From positions 65,490-129,489 of the forward strand of contig JAJRYV010000085.1 of assembly GCA_024275575.1 (NCBI GenBank): a DNA stretch of 64,000 nucleotides, given 5' to 3'. This DNA is from a bacterium. Lineage in GTDB: Bacteria; Zhuqueibacterota; Zhuqueibacteria; Zhuqueibacterales; Geothermadaptataceae. A program made the position numbers and the translations under genes. Positions 9,738 through 19,569 of the stretch are shown in pieces (position 1 is the first letter of the stretch; the number at the start of each line of letters is the position of its first letter). The notes beneath the pieces are model-generated. The model was given only the letters and a program-made list of their open reading frames with translations. It had not been told where the DNA came from and made no database searches.

Positions 9738-10772
9738 TCATGGCCGCCGGTATTTATTTTTTTCCAGAGGCAACAAGAGAGAGATACGGTGGGTTTCCTG
9801 CAATTCAGAATGATTCATAAAGGCATAGTCTAATATAAATTTATTAAAACGCAATCCGGCACCTGCAGTAAAATTACCGACGTCGGAACCAATGCGCGCT
9901 GCAAAACGATCGAGTAATGCATATTCGAGCCCGAGATGAAAATCCAGACTGGCAGCACCTGCAGAAACCTGCGAGGCAAACTCGCGTCCTTCAAAACGCA
10001 GGTCGATATCGAGCAGCGGCAGCAATTTCCCCGGCAACAATTTCATTTGAAAAGGAAATGCCGCACCGACTTTTAATGTCGGCACGATCAACTCTTTCAG
10101 GCCGGTATCCCATGCGAGAATGGTCGTGGTAAAATCCTGAAAATTGGCACCGAGCAGAAAGTGAGGATTGACCTGATATTGTGCCGCCACATCGAAGCCG
10201 ATGCCGTAGGCGGTATTTTCATCAAAGCTTTTATAGAGCAGTTTGACATTTGCACCGTAGAAAAAGCGTTCGGATTTTCTTTTGGCATAGGAAAAGAAAA
10301 AGCCATACTCTGCATTGGAAAACGTATAGTCTTCCACCGGTGTATTGCGAAACTGGCGGCCGTTGTCTTCATAGACATCACCCAGGCGCAAGCCCGGCCG
10401 CGGCAGCTTCGTCCGGATGATATCATCGATTCCCAGGCGTATAATGCCGAATCCCAGGCTGGCACGGGAGCCGAAAGGGGTGGCAAATGCCGCAAAATTA
10501 TATTTAATGATACCGGCAAATCGTTGTGCATGCATCAGAGAGGCTTCAGGATAATTGAGTTGACTCAAACCGGCCGGATTCCAGTAAACCGCCGTCACAT
10601 CATTGGCCAGCGCGATAAAACTGCCGCCGAGCGCCAATGCCCGGGCGCCGGCGCCGGTGCTGAGAAATTCTCCGGCATATTTGGCTTTTCGCGTTTCTCC
10701 GGCAACGGTCAGGCTGGAAACTGTAAAGAAGAGAAAAATCGATAATCGTATTATATGCTTCACTCTTTTCAT
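9738..10772 (-). CDS. PorV/PorQ-family outer-membrane beta-barrel protein (T9SS-associated)
   Basis: Signal peptide, then GAGARALALGGSFIALANDVTAVYWNPAGL. Alternating beta-strand pattern and an aromatic C-terminal region consistent with an OM barrel. Confidence 0.6.
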   Translation of the reverse strand: MKRVKHIIRLSIFLFFTVSSLTVAGETRKAKYAGEFLSTGAGARALALGGSFIALANDVTAVYWNPAGLSQLNYPEASLMHAQRFAGIIKYNFAAFATPFGSRASLGFGIIRLGIDDIIRTKLPRPGLRLGDVYEDNGRQFRNTPVEDYTFSNAEYGFFFSYAKRKSERFFYGANVKLLYKSFDENTAYGIGFDVAAQYQVNPHFLLGANFQDFTTTILAWDTGLKELIVPTLKVGAAFPFQMKLLPGKLLPLLDIDLRFEGREFASQVSAGAASLDFHLGLEYALLDRFAARIGSDVGNFTAGAGLRFNKFILDYAFMNHSELQETHRISLLLPLEKNKYRRP

Positions 10773-10832
10773 TATTTATCCTGAGATCATTTTAGTAAAG
10801 TTCTTTTTAAATTCCACTCGTATCGTGATCGC

Positions 10833-13454
10833 CTAATGCCCGACTTTTTCCTTCAAATCGATCAAAACCCGGAAGGCCTGAACAGGAGTCATGTTTTCAA
10901 CATCGAGTTGTTGCAGTTCGCGCAAAACTTCGTTGTTCATCGATGAAAAAAAATCCAGTTGTTGGATTTCATCCTGAGGTTCGCATTTTTTTGCGGCAAT
11001 TTTAGGCTGGTGATTCGGTGTCAGTGCGTTTTGCTCCAGCGAACTTAAAACTTCCCGCGCCCTGTTGATCACCCTGGCCGGAATGCCGGCAAGTTTTGCC
11101 ACTTGAATGCCGTAGGAATGATCCGATCCGCCTTCGACAATCTTGCGTAAAAAGATAATCTGCTCGCCCCACTCTTTTACCGCAACGTTGAAGTTCTTTA
11201 CACGCTTGAAAATCATCTCCAGTTCCGTCAGCTCATGATAATGTGTTGCAAACATGGTTTTTGCCGCGATGCTTTTGTTCTCATGCAAGTATTCAACGAT
11301 AGACCAGGCGATGGAGAGGCCGTCAAAAGTACTGGTCCCCCGCCCTATTTCATCCAGTAAAATTATCGACCGGGGTGTGGCATTGTTCAGAATATTCGCC
11401 GTTTCATTCATTTCGACCAGAAAAGTACTTTCACCGGCAGCGAGGTTGTCAGAAGCACCGACACGGGTGAATATCTTATCAACTATACCCAATTCCACGG
11501 ATTTTGCGGGTACGAATGAACCGATTTGTGCCATTAAAACGATGAGTGCAACCTGGCGTAAATAAGTCGATTTACCCGCCATATTTGGTCCGGTGATGAT
11601 TTGAATCTGCGATTTTTTACAATCGATTTGCGTATCATTAGGGATGAACTTTTCGCCGAACGGCAGTAAATTCTCGATAACCGGATGCCGGCCCTCGCTT
11701 ATTTTGATCGCCGAACTTTCATTGATCTGTGGTTTACAATAACTATGATTGCGTGCCAGTTCCGCAAAATTGCCCAGGCAATCGAGCTCGGCAAGTATTA
11801 CTGCATTTTTCTGAATGGCGGCAGCAAAACCGGCGACCCGGAAACGCAATTTATTGAATAAATCATATTCGATAGCAACGATTTTCTCTTCCGCACCGAG
11901 AATCTGCTCTTCATATTCCTTTAATTCCGGTGTGATGAAGCGCTCGGCATTGACCAGCGTTTGTTTGCGGATATAATGCTCCGGCACTTTGGTCAAGTTG
12001 GGTTTAGTCACTTCGATATAATAGCCGAATACCTTGTTAAAACTAACTTTAAGCGAGGGGATTTCAGTTTTCTCACGTTCGGATTTTTGCAATTGCAAAA
12101 TCCAGTCTTTGCCGGAATAGGCAGTTTCACGCAGTTTATCGAGTTCTGCATTATAACCCTTGCGCACGATCCCGCCGTCGGTAATGCTCAAAGGCGGTTC
12201 GTCGACGATCGCCTGGCCGATCTCTTCGATGAGTGCCGGTAAAGGATCGAGGTTTTTGCTTTGCGTCTTAAACGCTCTTGCCCCGGTAGCCATCAATACT
12301 GCTTTTAACGGTTGAATTTTCGCCAGCGATTTACTCAGAGCAATGAGATCGCGCGCATTGGCCCGCAAGGTGATAACTTTCGTGATAATGCGTTCAATAT
12401 CGCTGATACCGCGTAAATTATCCCGAATTTTTGTCAAGACATCCGGTTTTTTCGCCAATTCATCGACAGCGTCGAGGCGGTAATTAATTGCAGCAGCTTT
12501 GTTGAGCGGCCGCACCAGCCAGTTCGTAAGCAACCGTGCCCCCATGGGAGTGACCGTTTCGTCGAGCACTGAAATGAGCGTACCCTCCTTGCTGCCACGC
12601 AATGAACGCACGAGCTCCAGGTTGCGCTGCGTCGAAATATCGATGCCGACGATCGATTCCTCATCATCCCGGATGAGGCGGTTGATATGCTGCAGATCAT
12701 TTTTCTGGTTTTCATATAAATAATAAAGCGCCGCACCAGCCGCTGTGATGCCTGCAGTCAGGTCTTCACAGCCAAAACCCTTTAAAGTCAGGGTTTTAAA
12801 ATGCCGCGTCAATTTTTCATAGGCAAAATCATAACCGAAATTCCAGCCGTCGCGGGTGGTGATGACCACCTCATGCAATCTCTGAGTGACGGGTTTTAAA
12901 ACAGCGGCCTGTTCTTCTGCGACGAGAATCTCGGCAGGGTTTATCAGATTTAAATGGTCAGGCAGTGCATTTTGCGGGAATTCACCGACACGAAATTCAC
13001 CGGTTGAAATATCCACGGTTGCGAGGCCGGTGATTTCCTTTTCAAAACTGACAGCGCAGAGGTAGTTATTGCTGCGGCTATCGAGCAGGTCATCGGTTAA
13101 AATCGTGCCGGGAGAAATGATTTGTGTCACCGCCCGCTTGACAATCGTTTTTGCTTTTTTCGGGTCTTCGACCTGATCGCAAATCGCGACGCGATAACCC
13201 GCTTTCACCATCTTTGCAAGGTAAGTATCGAGGGCGTGATAGGGGAATCCGGCAAGTGGTACTTTGGCGGCGGCACCGTTGCCGCGGGAAGTCAGGGTGA
13301 TGCCGAGAATTTCCGCGGCTTTTTTAGCATCGTCATAGAATAATTCGTAAAAATCACCCATGCGAAAAAATAGAATCGAATCTTCGTTTTGTGATTTTAC
13401 ATCAAAATATTGCCGCATTAACGGCGTTATTTTGTTATCTTTTGTCATTTTCAC
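10833..13454 (-). CDS. mutS: DNA mismatch repair protein MutS
   Basis: 873 aa. N-terminal TPLMRQY...FFRMGDFYELF, Walker A GPNMAGKST, and STF..E / DEIGRGTSTFDG motifs. Confidence 0.97.
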   Translation of the reverse strand: MKMTKDNKITPLMRQYFDVKSQNEDSILFFRMGDFYELFYDDAKKAAEILGITLTSRGNGAAAKVPLAGFPYHALDTYLAKMVKAGYRVAICDQVEDPKKAKTIVKRAVTQIISPGTILTDDLLDSRSNNYLCAVSFEKEITGLATVDISTGEFRVGEFPQNALPDHLNLINPAEILVAEEQAAVLKPVTQRLHEVVITTRDGWNFGYDFAYEKLTRHFKTLTLKGFGCEDLTAGITAAGAALYYLYENQKNDLQHINRLIRDDEESIVGIDISTQRNLELVRSLRGSKEGTLISVLDETVTPMGARLLTNWLVRPLNKAAAINYRLDAVDELAKKPDVLTKIRDNLRGISDIERIITKVITLRANARDLIALSKSLAKIQPLKAVLMATGARAFKTQSKNLDPLPALIEEIGQAIVDEPPLSITDGGIVRKGYNAELDKLRETAYSGKDWILQLQKSEREKTEIPSLKVSFNKVFGYYIEVTKPNLTKVPEHYIRKQTLVNAERFITPELKEYEEQILGAEEKIVAIEYDLFNKLRFRVAGFAAAIQKNAVILAELDCLGNFAELARNHSYCKPQINESSAIKISEGRHPVIENLLPFGEKFIPNDTQIDCKKSQIQIITGPNMAGKSTYLRQVALIVLMAQIGSFVPAKSVELGIVDKIFTRVGASDNLAAGESTFLVEMNETANILNNATPRSIILLDEIGRGTSTFDGLSIAWSIVEYLHENKSIAAKTMFATHYHELTELEMIFKRVKNFNVAVKEWGEQIIFLRKIVEGGSDHSYGIQVAKLAGIPARVINRAREVLSSLEQNALTPNHQPKIAAKKCEPQDEIQQLDFFSSMNNEVLRELQQLDVENMTPVQAFRVLIDLKEKVGH

Positions 13455-14337
13455 TCTGTCTTAAATCATCCCCCCAGTTTAGTTTTGCTCGCAAAATATC
13501 AAAAAATGTCCGGTCGGCTCGATGCAGCAAAGTAATGCTGTGTACCGATTTTTTAATGCGAAAGCAATCCGGACTGGATAACCGGGCGATCTCCCGCCCA
13601 TCGGCGTTGATAAAAAGCGGTTTCTGATCCGCATCTGCCGGGCAAACTTTGATGTGCGCATTGCCATCGACAACCAACGGGCGCGCCGTCAGTGTATGGG
13701 GACAGATGGGCGCAAGAATCATCGAATTTGCTGTCGGCATCAGCAGCGGCCCGCGTGCGGCGAGAGAATATGCCGTCGAGCCGGTGGGGGTAGAAATCAG
13801 CACGCCGTCGGCAATATAGGTACAAACATGATTCTCATCCACCCAGACATCGATGCGGGAAACCTGGCCGATATTTCCAGCCACCACAGAAAACTCATTT
13901 AGTGCGGATACCGGTTCATTCGTTTTTTTACTCTCGGCATGTTCAATCCAGCCGCATAGCATCAGCCGCTTTTGGGTTTTCCACATCCCCTCCGTTATCT
14001 CGGTTATTGCCGTCCAGAACTCTTCCGGGCTGATCTCCGCCAAAAAACCGAGACCGCCAAACTTGACGCCAAGTAAAGGAATTTTTTTCCCTTTCAGAAG
14101 CTGTGCAGCCCAAAGAATAGTGCCATCGCCGCCCAAAGAAATGAACAGATTACATTCCCGGCAAAGCCTGCTTTCATCATCGACGATTTCAACACCGTTG
14201 GCATTTATGCCGGCAGCTTGCGCCAAATCCTGCGTCAGTGTAACCTGATGCGAGTTTTCATTCAAAAAACGAACCCACTGCGGTAAAAAAGCACTTATTT
14301 CATTTTTTGCAGGATTGCCAAAAAAGCTAATTCTCAT
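13435..14337 (-). CDS. nadK: NAD kinase
   Basis: 300 aa. GGDGT motif (ISLGGDGTILWAA) and STPTGSTAYSLAARGP. Overlaps mutS by 20 nt and xseB by 11 nt. Confidence 0.9.
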   Translation of the reverse strand: MRISFFGNPAKNEISAFLPQWVRFLNENSHQVTLTQDLAQAAGINANGVEIVDDESRLCRECNLFISLGGDGTILWAAQLLKGKKIPLLGVKFGGLGFLAEISPEEFWTAITEITEGMWKTQKRLMLCGWIEHAESKKTNEPVSALNEFSVVAGNIGQVSRIDVWVDENHVCTYIADGVLISTPTGSTAYSLAARGPLLMPTANSMILAPICPHTLTARPLVVDGNAHIKVCPADADQKPLFINADGREIARLSSPDCFRIKKSVHSITLLHRADRTFFDILRAKLNWGDDLRQSENDKR

Positions 14338-14569
14338 CGTGCGAAATCTCGGGATCGAGAAAATTCAATTGCAGTCCATCTTCGGTTTTAACCAGTTTTC
14401 TGATTTTTGATTCTGCCGCTGCAAGCTGTTTGTTGCAGTCTTGCACGAGCTTCAAACCTTCTTCAAAAATTTTTATCGAATCATCGAGCTCTATCTGTCC
14501 CTGCTCGAGAGTGTCGACAATTTCCTGCAGCCGTTGCACCGTACCTTCAAAATTGACCTTGGCAGCCAT
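14327..14569 (-). CDS. xseB: exodeoxyribonuclease VII small subunit
   Basis: 80 aa. FEGTVQRLQEIVDTLEQG...LDDSIKIFEEG..L is a typical XseB helical hairpin. Lies downstream of xseA. Confidence 0.85.
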   Translation of the reverse strand: MAAKVNFEGTVQRLQEIVDTLEQGQIELDDSIKIFEEGLKLVQDCNKQLAAAESKIRKLVKTEDGLQLNFLDPEISHDEN

Positions 14570-14645
14570 TCTTTTCCTTCTTTCAACTCAAATCATCCTG
14601 CAGTAGCAGGCGCGAATATACATATTTTGGCTTTAATTTATAGTT

Positions 14646-15881
14646 TTATTTATCAAAAACAGCATTTATTTTCGCTTCGCTGCACCCTTGTGCATGCTCG
14701 ATATCGACGATTTGATCGACATGCAAAACCGCCGCTTCACGGACGATTGCCTGTGAGCTTTTGTCTCTGACGATGGAAAAACCGCGCCTGAGAATACTGC
14801 GATGACTCAATGAATCCAATTGCTTTGTTAGCGAGTTCAACCGTTGTTTTTCAAATTCAATTTTATTGTCCATCGAAGCTTGCATGCGGCTTTGCAGTTC
14901 ATCGAGAGTTTGCCTTGCCTGAATCAGTCCATCGAGAGGCATACGCAAGCCGTAACTGCGCAGCAGTGCTGCGAATTGCTGCCGTGCATAATAAACTTTT
15001 GACTCTACCTGCTGAAAAGCCCGGCACAGAAGGGTCCTGATTTGCTCGTTAAACTCCGTCTGGTCCGGAACCGCCAGCTCAGCCGCGACTGAAGGCGTAG
15101 GCGCCCGTAGATCGGCGACAAAATCGGCAATGGTAAAATCGATTTGATGACCGACAGCTGAAATTATCGGGATTTGCGACACTGCAATTGCCCGTGCGAC
15201 AATCTCTTCGTTAAATGCCCAAAGGTCCTCCAGCGAACCCCCACCCCGACCAACGATGAGCACATCGATCTCACCGAATGCATTGAACTCTTCGATGGCG
15301 CAGGCGATATCAGCAGCCGCAGTTTCACCTTGCACCAATGCCGGACGCAGAATTAATTGGGCCGCAGGCCAGCGCCGCCGGATTACGGAGATGATATCCC
15401 GCACTGCAGCCCCGGTTTCCGAAGTGACAATGCCGATGCGACCGGCATAATCGGGAATAGTTTTTTTGCAGGAATCATCAAAAAGGCCTTCAGCATCGAG
15501 TTTCGCTTTCAAGCGTTCAAAGGCTTGTTGCAACGGCCCGATGCCAACAGGTTGCATGGATATCACATCGAGTTGGTAAGCGCCACGGCGTTCGTAAACA
15601 GTTATCCGGCCTTCGAGACGGACTTTCATTCCGTCGGCCGGTTTGAATGCTAAAGTCGAATTTCTGCCGGCCCACATGACACAGGGCATTTGCGCTTTTG
15701 CATCTTTGATTGAAAAATACATATGTCCGGAGCTGTGATGCAAAAAATTGGATATTTCTCCCTCAATTTGCATTGACGACAACTCGGTTTCCAACAAGAA
15801 TTTGATCTGCTGCGTCGCTTCAAAAACCGTCAGATATACCGGTGATTGCGGTGTCAGAAAGTCTTCAAAATCATCCATCAT
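14646..15881 (-). CDS. xseA: exodeoxyribonuclease VII large subunit
   Basis: 411 aa. OB-fold N-terminus (GEISNF..HSSGHMYFSIKD), catalytic core GIVTS..GAA..D, GRGGGS.EDL.AFN, and a C-terminal coiled coil. Confidence 0.92.
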   Translation of the reverse strand: MMDDFEDFLTPQSPVYLTVFEATQQIKFLLETELSSMQIEGEISNFLHHSSGHMYFSIKDAKAQMPCVMWAGRNSTLAFKPADGMKVRLEGRITVYERRGAYQLDVISMQPVGIGPLQQAFERLKAKLDAEGLFDDSCKKTIPDYAGRIGIVTSETGAAVRDIISVIRRRWPAAQLILRPALVQGETAAADIACAIEEFNAFGEIDVLIVGRGGGSLEDLWAFNEEIVARAIAVSQIPIISAVGHQIDFTIADFVADLRAPTPSVAAELAVPDQTEFNEQIRTLLCRAFQQVESKVYYARQQFAALLRSYGLRMPLDGLIQARQTLDELQSRMQASMDNKIEFEKQRLNSLTKQLDSLSHRSILRRGFSIVRDKSSQAIVREAAVLHVDQIVDIEHAQGCSEAKINAVFDK

Positions 15882-16346
15882 TTTTCATAATTCATCTGTT
15901 TTCGTCAAAAGTTGATTTTTGTTTTAATCCGGCAGGCCGATCTTGTTTTCACCTCAACACGGTTCTTTATTTTTAATAACTTGTAAGCCTATTTGTCCGG
16001 TTATCGAGTTAGCTCAGTAAAAGGAGGATATACCACCCCTTCGGGGTTTTACTGCAGAATACACCAGATTTGTTTTATTGGAATCCCGCAGCGCACATTA
16101 TACAGCCATTATTTTCAAATGGTTTATGCTCTTAATTTGACAGCGATGCCCCGGATGGATAGCATATTTACAGCTTGCTGAGCAAACTGGATAACCAGAG
16201 CATGTTTGCATCCATAACCGGATGCATGAAATTTATCAAAAGTCACGCATTTTACAAGACTTGTTTTCAATTTTGGTCAAATAGCGACTACCCACCTCGC
16301 CCGGGACTCATTTTTCAACCAATTGATGTTTGCAGAATGATGGCGG

Positions 16347-16371
16347 CAAAAAAAAAGCGGCCGTAGCCGCT
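16347..16371 (-). terminator. rho-independent terminator of the kinase/receiver operon
   Basis: Stem AGCGGC / GCCGCT with loop CGTA (16356-16371). On the minus strand it is followed by a 9-U run, 20 nt after the receiver stop codon. Confidence 0.7.
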
Positions 16372-16390
16372 GGGAAAAAAACAGATCAAA

Positions 16391-16756
16391 TCAATTTGAC
16401 TGCAAGGGAAGAAATTTGCGCACAGTATCTTTGAGCTCCGTCATATCGGAAGATTTAACGATATAAGCGTCGGCCATTTTCCCGCGAAAATTATCCTTCC
16501 ATGCGCTGTAAGCAGTATGTAAAATCACTGGAATTTTGACTTTCATCTGCAATAGCCGCCCCATCAGATCAAGGCCGTCTTCGCCGGAAAGGCGAATGTC
16601 GAGAATGGCCAAATCAGGGTGGTGCATTTTGATAATATCGAACGCCTGAATACTATTTTCTGCATCGAAAACGAGATAACCGTCATCACTAAGCACTTGC
16701 TTGTAAAGGAGACGCAGACTGTTTTCATCTTCAACGAGTAATATTTTTGGTTTCAT
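16391..16756 (-). CDS. single-domain response regulator (receiver only)
   Basis: 121 aa. ILLVEDE, DLAILDIRL (phospho-acceptor Asp), TAYS and a conserved Lys region. No output domain. Confidence 0.9.
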   Translation of the reverse strand: MKPKILLVEDENSLRLLYKQVLSDDGYLVFDAENSIQAFDIIKMHHPDLAILDIRLSGEDGLDLMGRLLQMKVKIPVILHTAYSAWKDNFRGKMADAYIVKSSDMTELKDTVRKFLPLQSN

Positions 16757-16784
16757 AATTGATCTCCATCGTCATCCGCTGAAA

Positions 16785-18992
16785 TTACACAATGACAGCT
16801 TTGAGTGTGCTGCGATTGTGCTCCTGATTACCTGGTTCGAAATTCAATGGTAGCAAGATGTCGAACCGTGTCCCCGATCCAATTTTTGTATTGACACGGA
16901 TTTCTCCACCATGTCCGTGGATGATCCGCTGCGAAATCGCCAACCCCAATCCAGTGCCGTGTTTTTTTGTTGTATAAAATGGATTAAAAATATCCGTCAG
17001 CATATCGTGCGCAATTCCCGGGCCGTTGTCTTCAACGCGTATACGCATAATCTCATTTTCCACCTGTGTGGAAATCCAGATACTGCCTTGTTGAGTAAAT
17101 GATTGCTGACTATTTTTTAGAAGGTTAAGCAAAACTTGTTTGATTTGACCCTGATCAAAATGCTGATCCGGGCAGTTTTCCTGAAGCTTGAGGTGAACTG
17201 TGATATTTCTGTTTTCAAATTCGGGCTGCAACTGTTCAACAATATGATGAATAAGTTGGTTGATATTATCGTTGCGCGGCTCCGGGTCAGGCAACTTAGT
17301 AAAGTTTAAGACATTTTCAAGTATTTTTTCAAGGCGCAAGACTTCATCAGCAATAATTTTCGCAGGGTTGTTGGCATCCTGACCATCGGGATTTTTTTTC
17401 TGTAGTTGCCGGGCAAACCCACCGATGGTGACCAGAGGGTTGCGAATTTCGTGGGCAACATGCGCCGCCATTTCACCGATTGCAGCCAGTTTTTCGGTGT
17501 GAATTAATCGCACCTGCGTGCGTTTAAGTTCAGCCAGTGCTTTTTCCAGCTTGAGTTTTTCTTCCCGCAATTGTTCATAAGAATGCGCTTTTTCGATGCC
17601 GTGCGCTGCTTGCGAGGCAATTAAAGAGAGTAAATGAACCCGATCATCTTCGATTGGCTGATTGCTAAATTTATTATCAGCGATAATTGCGCCCAGTAAT
17701 TTATCATTGGCAACGACGGGAACAGCGATAAATTCTTCCAAGTGCAGTGGCGCCAGGCTCTGTGGGTAATTTGCATATCCTTCATTCCGCGCCTGTTCTT
17801 TTTTAAACCAGAAATGTTCTTTTTTACGCAGCGTATCCGTCAGGGCGGTGTGCTCATGCAATGGAATTGAAACCGCCAGCACCGAAAGGTTCAATTGTTC
17901 ATTCTCACCAGGCAATCTGGGGCCGTAATTAAAAATGTACTGCTCCATATTGAGATTTTCGCGATTGAGGCGATTCCAGATTTCCAGGGCATCTTCTGCA
18001 GACATGGGCCCGACGCCCATCGCCCCCTTGAGCTCCCGACCGCTATCGTTGATTAAAAAAATCATCGCCCGGGTGAAGCTGAGCGCAGGGCCGGCGGTGA
18101 TTGCGGTAAGCAACAGATGCAGCAATTTGCGCAATCCCATGGTCTGTTGCATCGCCGCAGAAACCTGTGACAGCAGCTTTAACTGGAAATTTTTTCGTTC
18201 CCATTCCGTCACGTCTTCGATAATCCCCATGACACTCTTGGCGTTTTCCAGCCCGGCTTCTTCCACCTGGATGGGAACAAAGTGGACATTCAGAATGAGG
18301 TTTTTCATTTGTCCGCCGGACCACGGAATCAACTCTTTTTTCCAGCTCCGGCCATGCTGCAGCACAAAGCGTACCCCTTTGGTAAAAAACGAATCATGAA
18401 AAAATTCGTCTCGCAAAACATTAATCAATTGATCATTTTGTGACAATTCTGGCAGGAGCTGCAAGAGATATTGATTGACTTGTTGCAAATCTCCCTGGCT
18501 GTTGCAGGAAAAAATACCGACGGGTGCATTTTGAAAAATGGAAGAAAGGTGCTGCTTTGTGGATTTGACCTCAATTTCCAGCAGCCGGTGAGAGTGACGA
18601 ATATCCCGCAGCGTGATAATATTGTTGATGACATCGCTGAGTTCGCGCAAGCCGAATGGTTTTTGCAAGTAAGCGACCACGCCTCTTTTCAGCAGGCGTG
18701 TTTTGAGGCTTTCATCACTGCCGCGTGCTGTCAGCAGGATAACAGGTGTATCCCGGACTTCTTTGTATTCCGGATTTTGACGTAGCTCGGAGAAAACCTG
18801 TTCCCCGTCCATACGGGGAAGCATATAATCGAGAAGAACGATATCGGGTTTCAAGTCCCTGATAGTTTCGAGTCCTGAAACACCGGTATATGCAGAATGC
18901 AGTGTGAATCCTTCACGTTCAAGATATGCACAAGCCAGATCGTGCATAATTTGCTCATCATCAACAAGCAAGACTGTTTTTTGTTGGCCCAT
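16785..18992 (-). CDS. hybrid sensor histidine kinase (N-terminal receiver, PAS/GAF-like sensor region, HisKA, HATPase_c)
   Basis: 735 aa. Receiver (VLLVDDE...DIVLLDYMLP), H-box AAHVAHEIRNPL, N-box LLNLLKNS, G-boxes DNGPGI and GTGLGL. Confidence 0.9.
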   Translation of the reverse strand: MGQQKTVLLVDDEQIMHDLACAYLEREGFTLHSAYTGVSGLETIRDLKPDIVLLDYMLPRMDGEQVFSELRQNPEYKEVRDTPVILLTARGSDESLKTRLLKRGVVAYLQKPFGLRELSDVINNIITLRDIRHSHRLLEIEVKSTKQHLSSIFQNAPVGIFSCNSQGDLQQVNQYLLQLLPELSQNDQLINVLRDEFFHDSFFTKGVRFVLQHGRSWKKELIPWSGGQMKNLILNVHFVPIQVEEAGLENAKSVMGIIEDVTEWERKNFQLKLLSQVSAAMQQTMGLRKLLHLLLTAITAGPALSFTRAMIFLINDSGRELKGAMGVGPMSAEDALEIWNRLNRENLNMEQYIFNYGPRLPGENEQLNLSVLAVSIPLHEHTALTDTLRKKEHFWFKKEQARNEGYANYPQSLAPLHLEEFIAVPVVANDKLLGAIIADNKFSNQPIEDDRVHLLSLIASQAAHGIEKAHSYEQLREEKLKLEKALAELKRTQVRLIHTEKLAAIGEMAAHVAHEIRNPLVTIGGFARQLQKKNPDGQDANNPAKIIADEVLRLEKILENVLNFTKLPDPEPRNDNINQLIHHIVEQLQPEFENRNITVHLKLQENCPDQHFDQGQIKQVLLNLLKNSQQSFTQQGSIWISTQVENEIMRIRVEDNGPGIAHDMLTDIFNPFYTTKKHGTGLGLAISQRIIHGHGGEIRVNTKIGSGTRFDILLPLNFEPGNQEHNRSTLKAVIV

Positions 18993-19089
18993 CGCGCTTC
19001 ACTTTTTGTAAAAATTCAGCGAAGAAAGGTTTACTGTTCGAACATGCAAACAGCAAACCGCTCTTATAATTCAGAAAAACTTCTATACG

Positions 19090-19185
19090 TTATTTATTTT
19101 TCTTCTTATGCCGATTTTTTCTCAGACGTTTCTTTCGCTTATGGGTAGCGATCTTATGACGTTTCCGCTTTTTACCACTGGGCAA
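19090..19185 (-). CDS. 31-aa highly basic protein, bS22-like (AURKAIP1/COX24-type small ribosomal protein candidate)
   Basis: Below the ORF-track size cutoff. TTG start at 19185 lies 7 nt downstream of a perfect AGGAGGTG. Translation is (M)PSGKKRKRHKIATHKRKKRLRKNRHKKKNK, ending in TAA. It sits in its own intergenic gap between the kinase and HU genes. Confidence 0.6.
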   Translation of the reverse strand: MPSGKKRKRHKIATHKRKKRLRKNRHKKKNK

Positions 19186-19248
19186 TAGAATTCACCTCCT
19201 CACATGTCAATTTTCTCAGCATATTTTAAAAGCTGTTTAATCTGTATT

Positions 19249-19551
19249 TTATGTTTCCAAATTTACGACGCTTAGTCCATCTTCAACTGACCGGCGCAAT
19301 TCTTTTGAAGATTTAAAAACAGGCGCTTTATGTGGCGGAACATTCATTTCCTTGCCTGTTTTCGGATTAACACCCCGGCGGCCACTTCTTTCAACAACCC
19401 GAAAGCTGCCGAAACCGCGCAATGTCACATTTTTACCGGTTGCGAGTGAATAACTAATCGTTGCTAAAAAACCGTCGACCACTGCAGCGGTTTCAACCTT
19501 CGTCAGTCCGGTCCCTTCCGCCACAATACTAATGATTTCAGATTTAGTCAC
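19249..19551 (-). CDS. hup: HU family DNA-binding protein
   Basis: 100 aa. MTKSEII...VTLRGFGSFRVVERSGRRGVNPKTGKEMNVPPHKAPVFK is a canonical HU arm. Confidence 0.9.
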   Translation of the reverse strand: MTKSEIISIVAEGTGLTKVETAAVVDGFLATISYSLATGKNVTLRGFGSFRVVERSGRRGVNPKTGKEMNVPPHKAPVFKSSKELRRSVEDGLSVVNLET

Positions 19552-19569
19552 AGATGCCTCCTACATTGA

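Noticed and set aside
10161-10745. Long antisense ORFs overlapping confident genes: 10161-10745 (194 aa), 52603-53304 (233 aa), 46712-47275 (187 aa), 48854-49480 (208 aa), 2875-3399 (174 aa), 23774-24244 (156 aa), 17935-18399 (154 aa) and others in the track.
   Set aside because: Each lies entirely inside a strongly supported gene on the opposite strand (PorQ-like, LPP20-like, kinase, leuS, rel, DUF512). All have biased, low-complexity or Arg/Cys-rich composition typical of shadow frames, and none has a recognisable motif.
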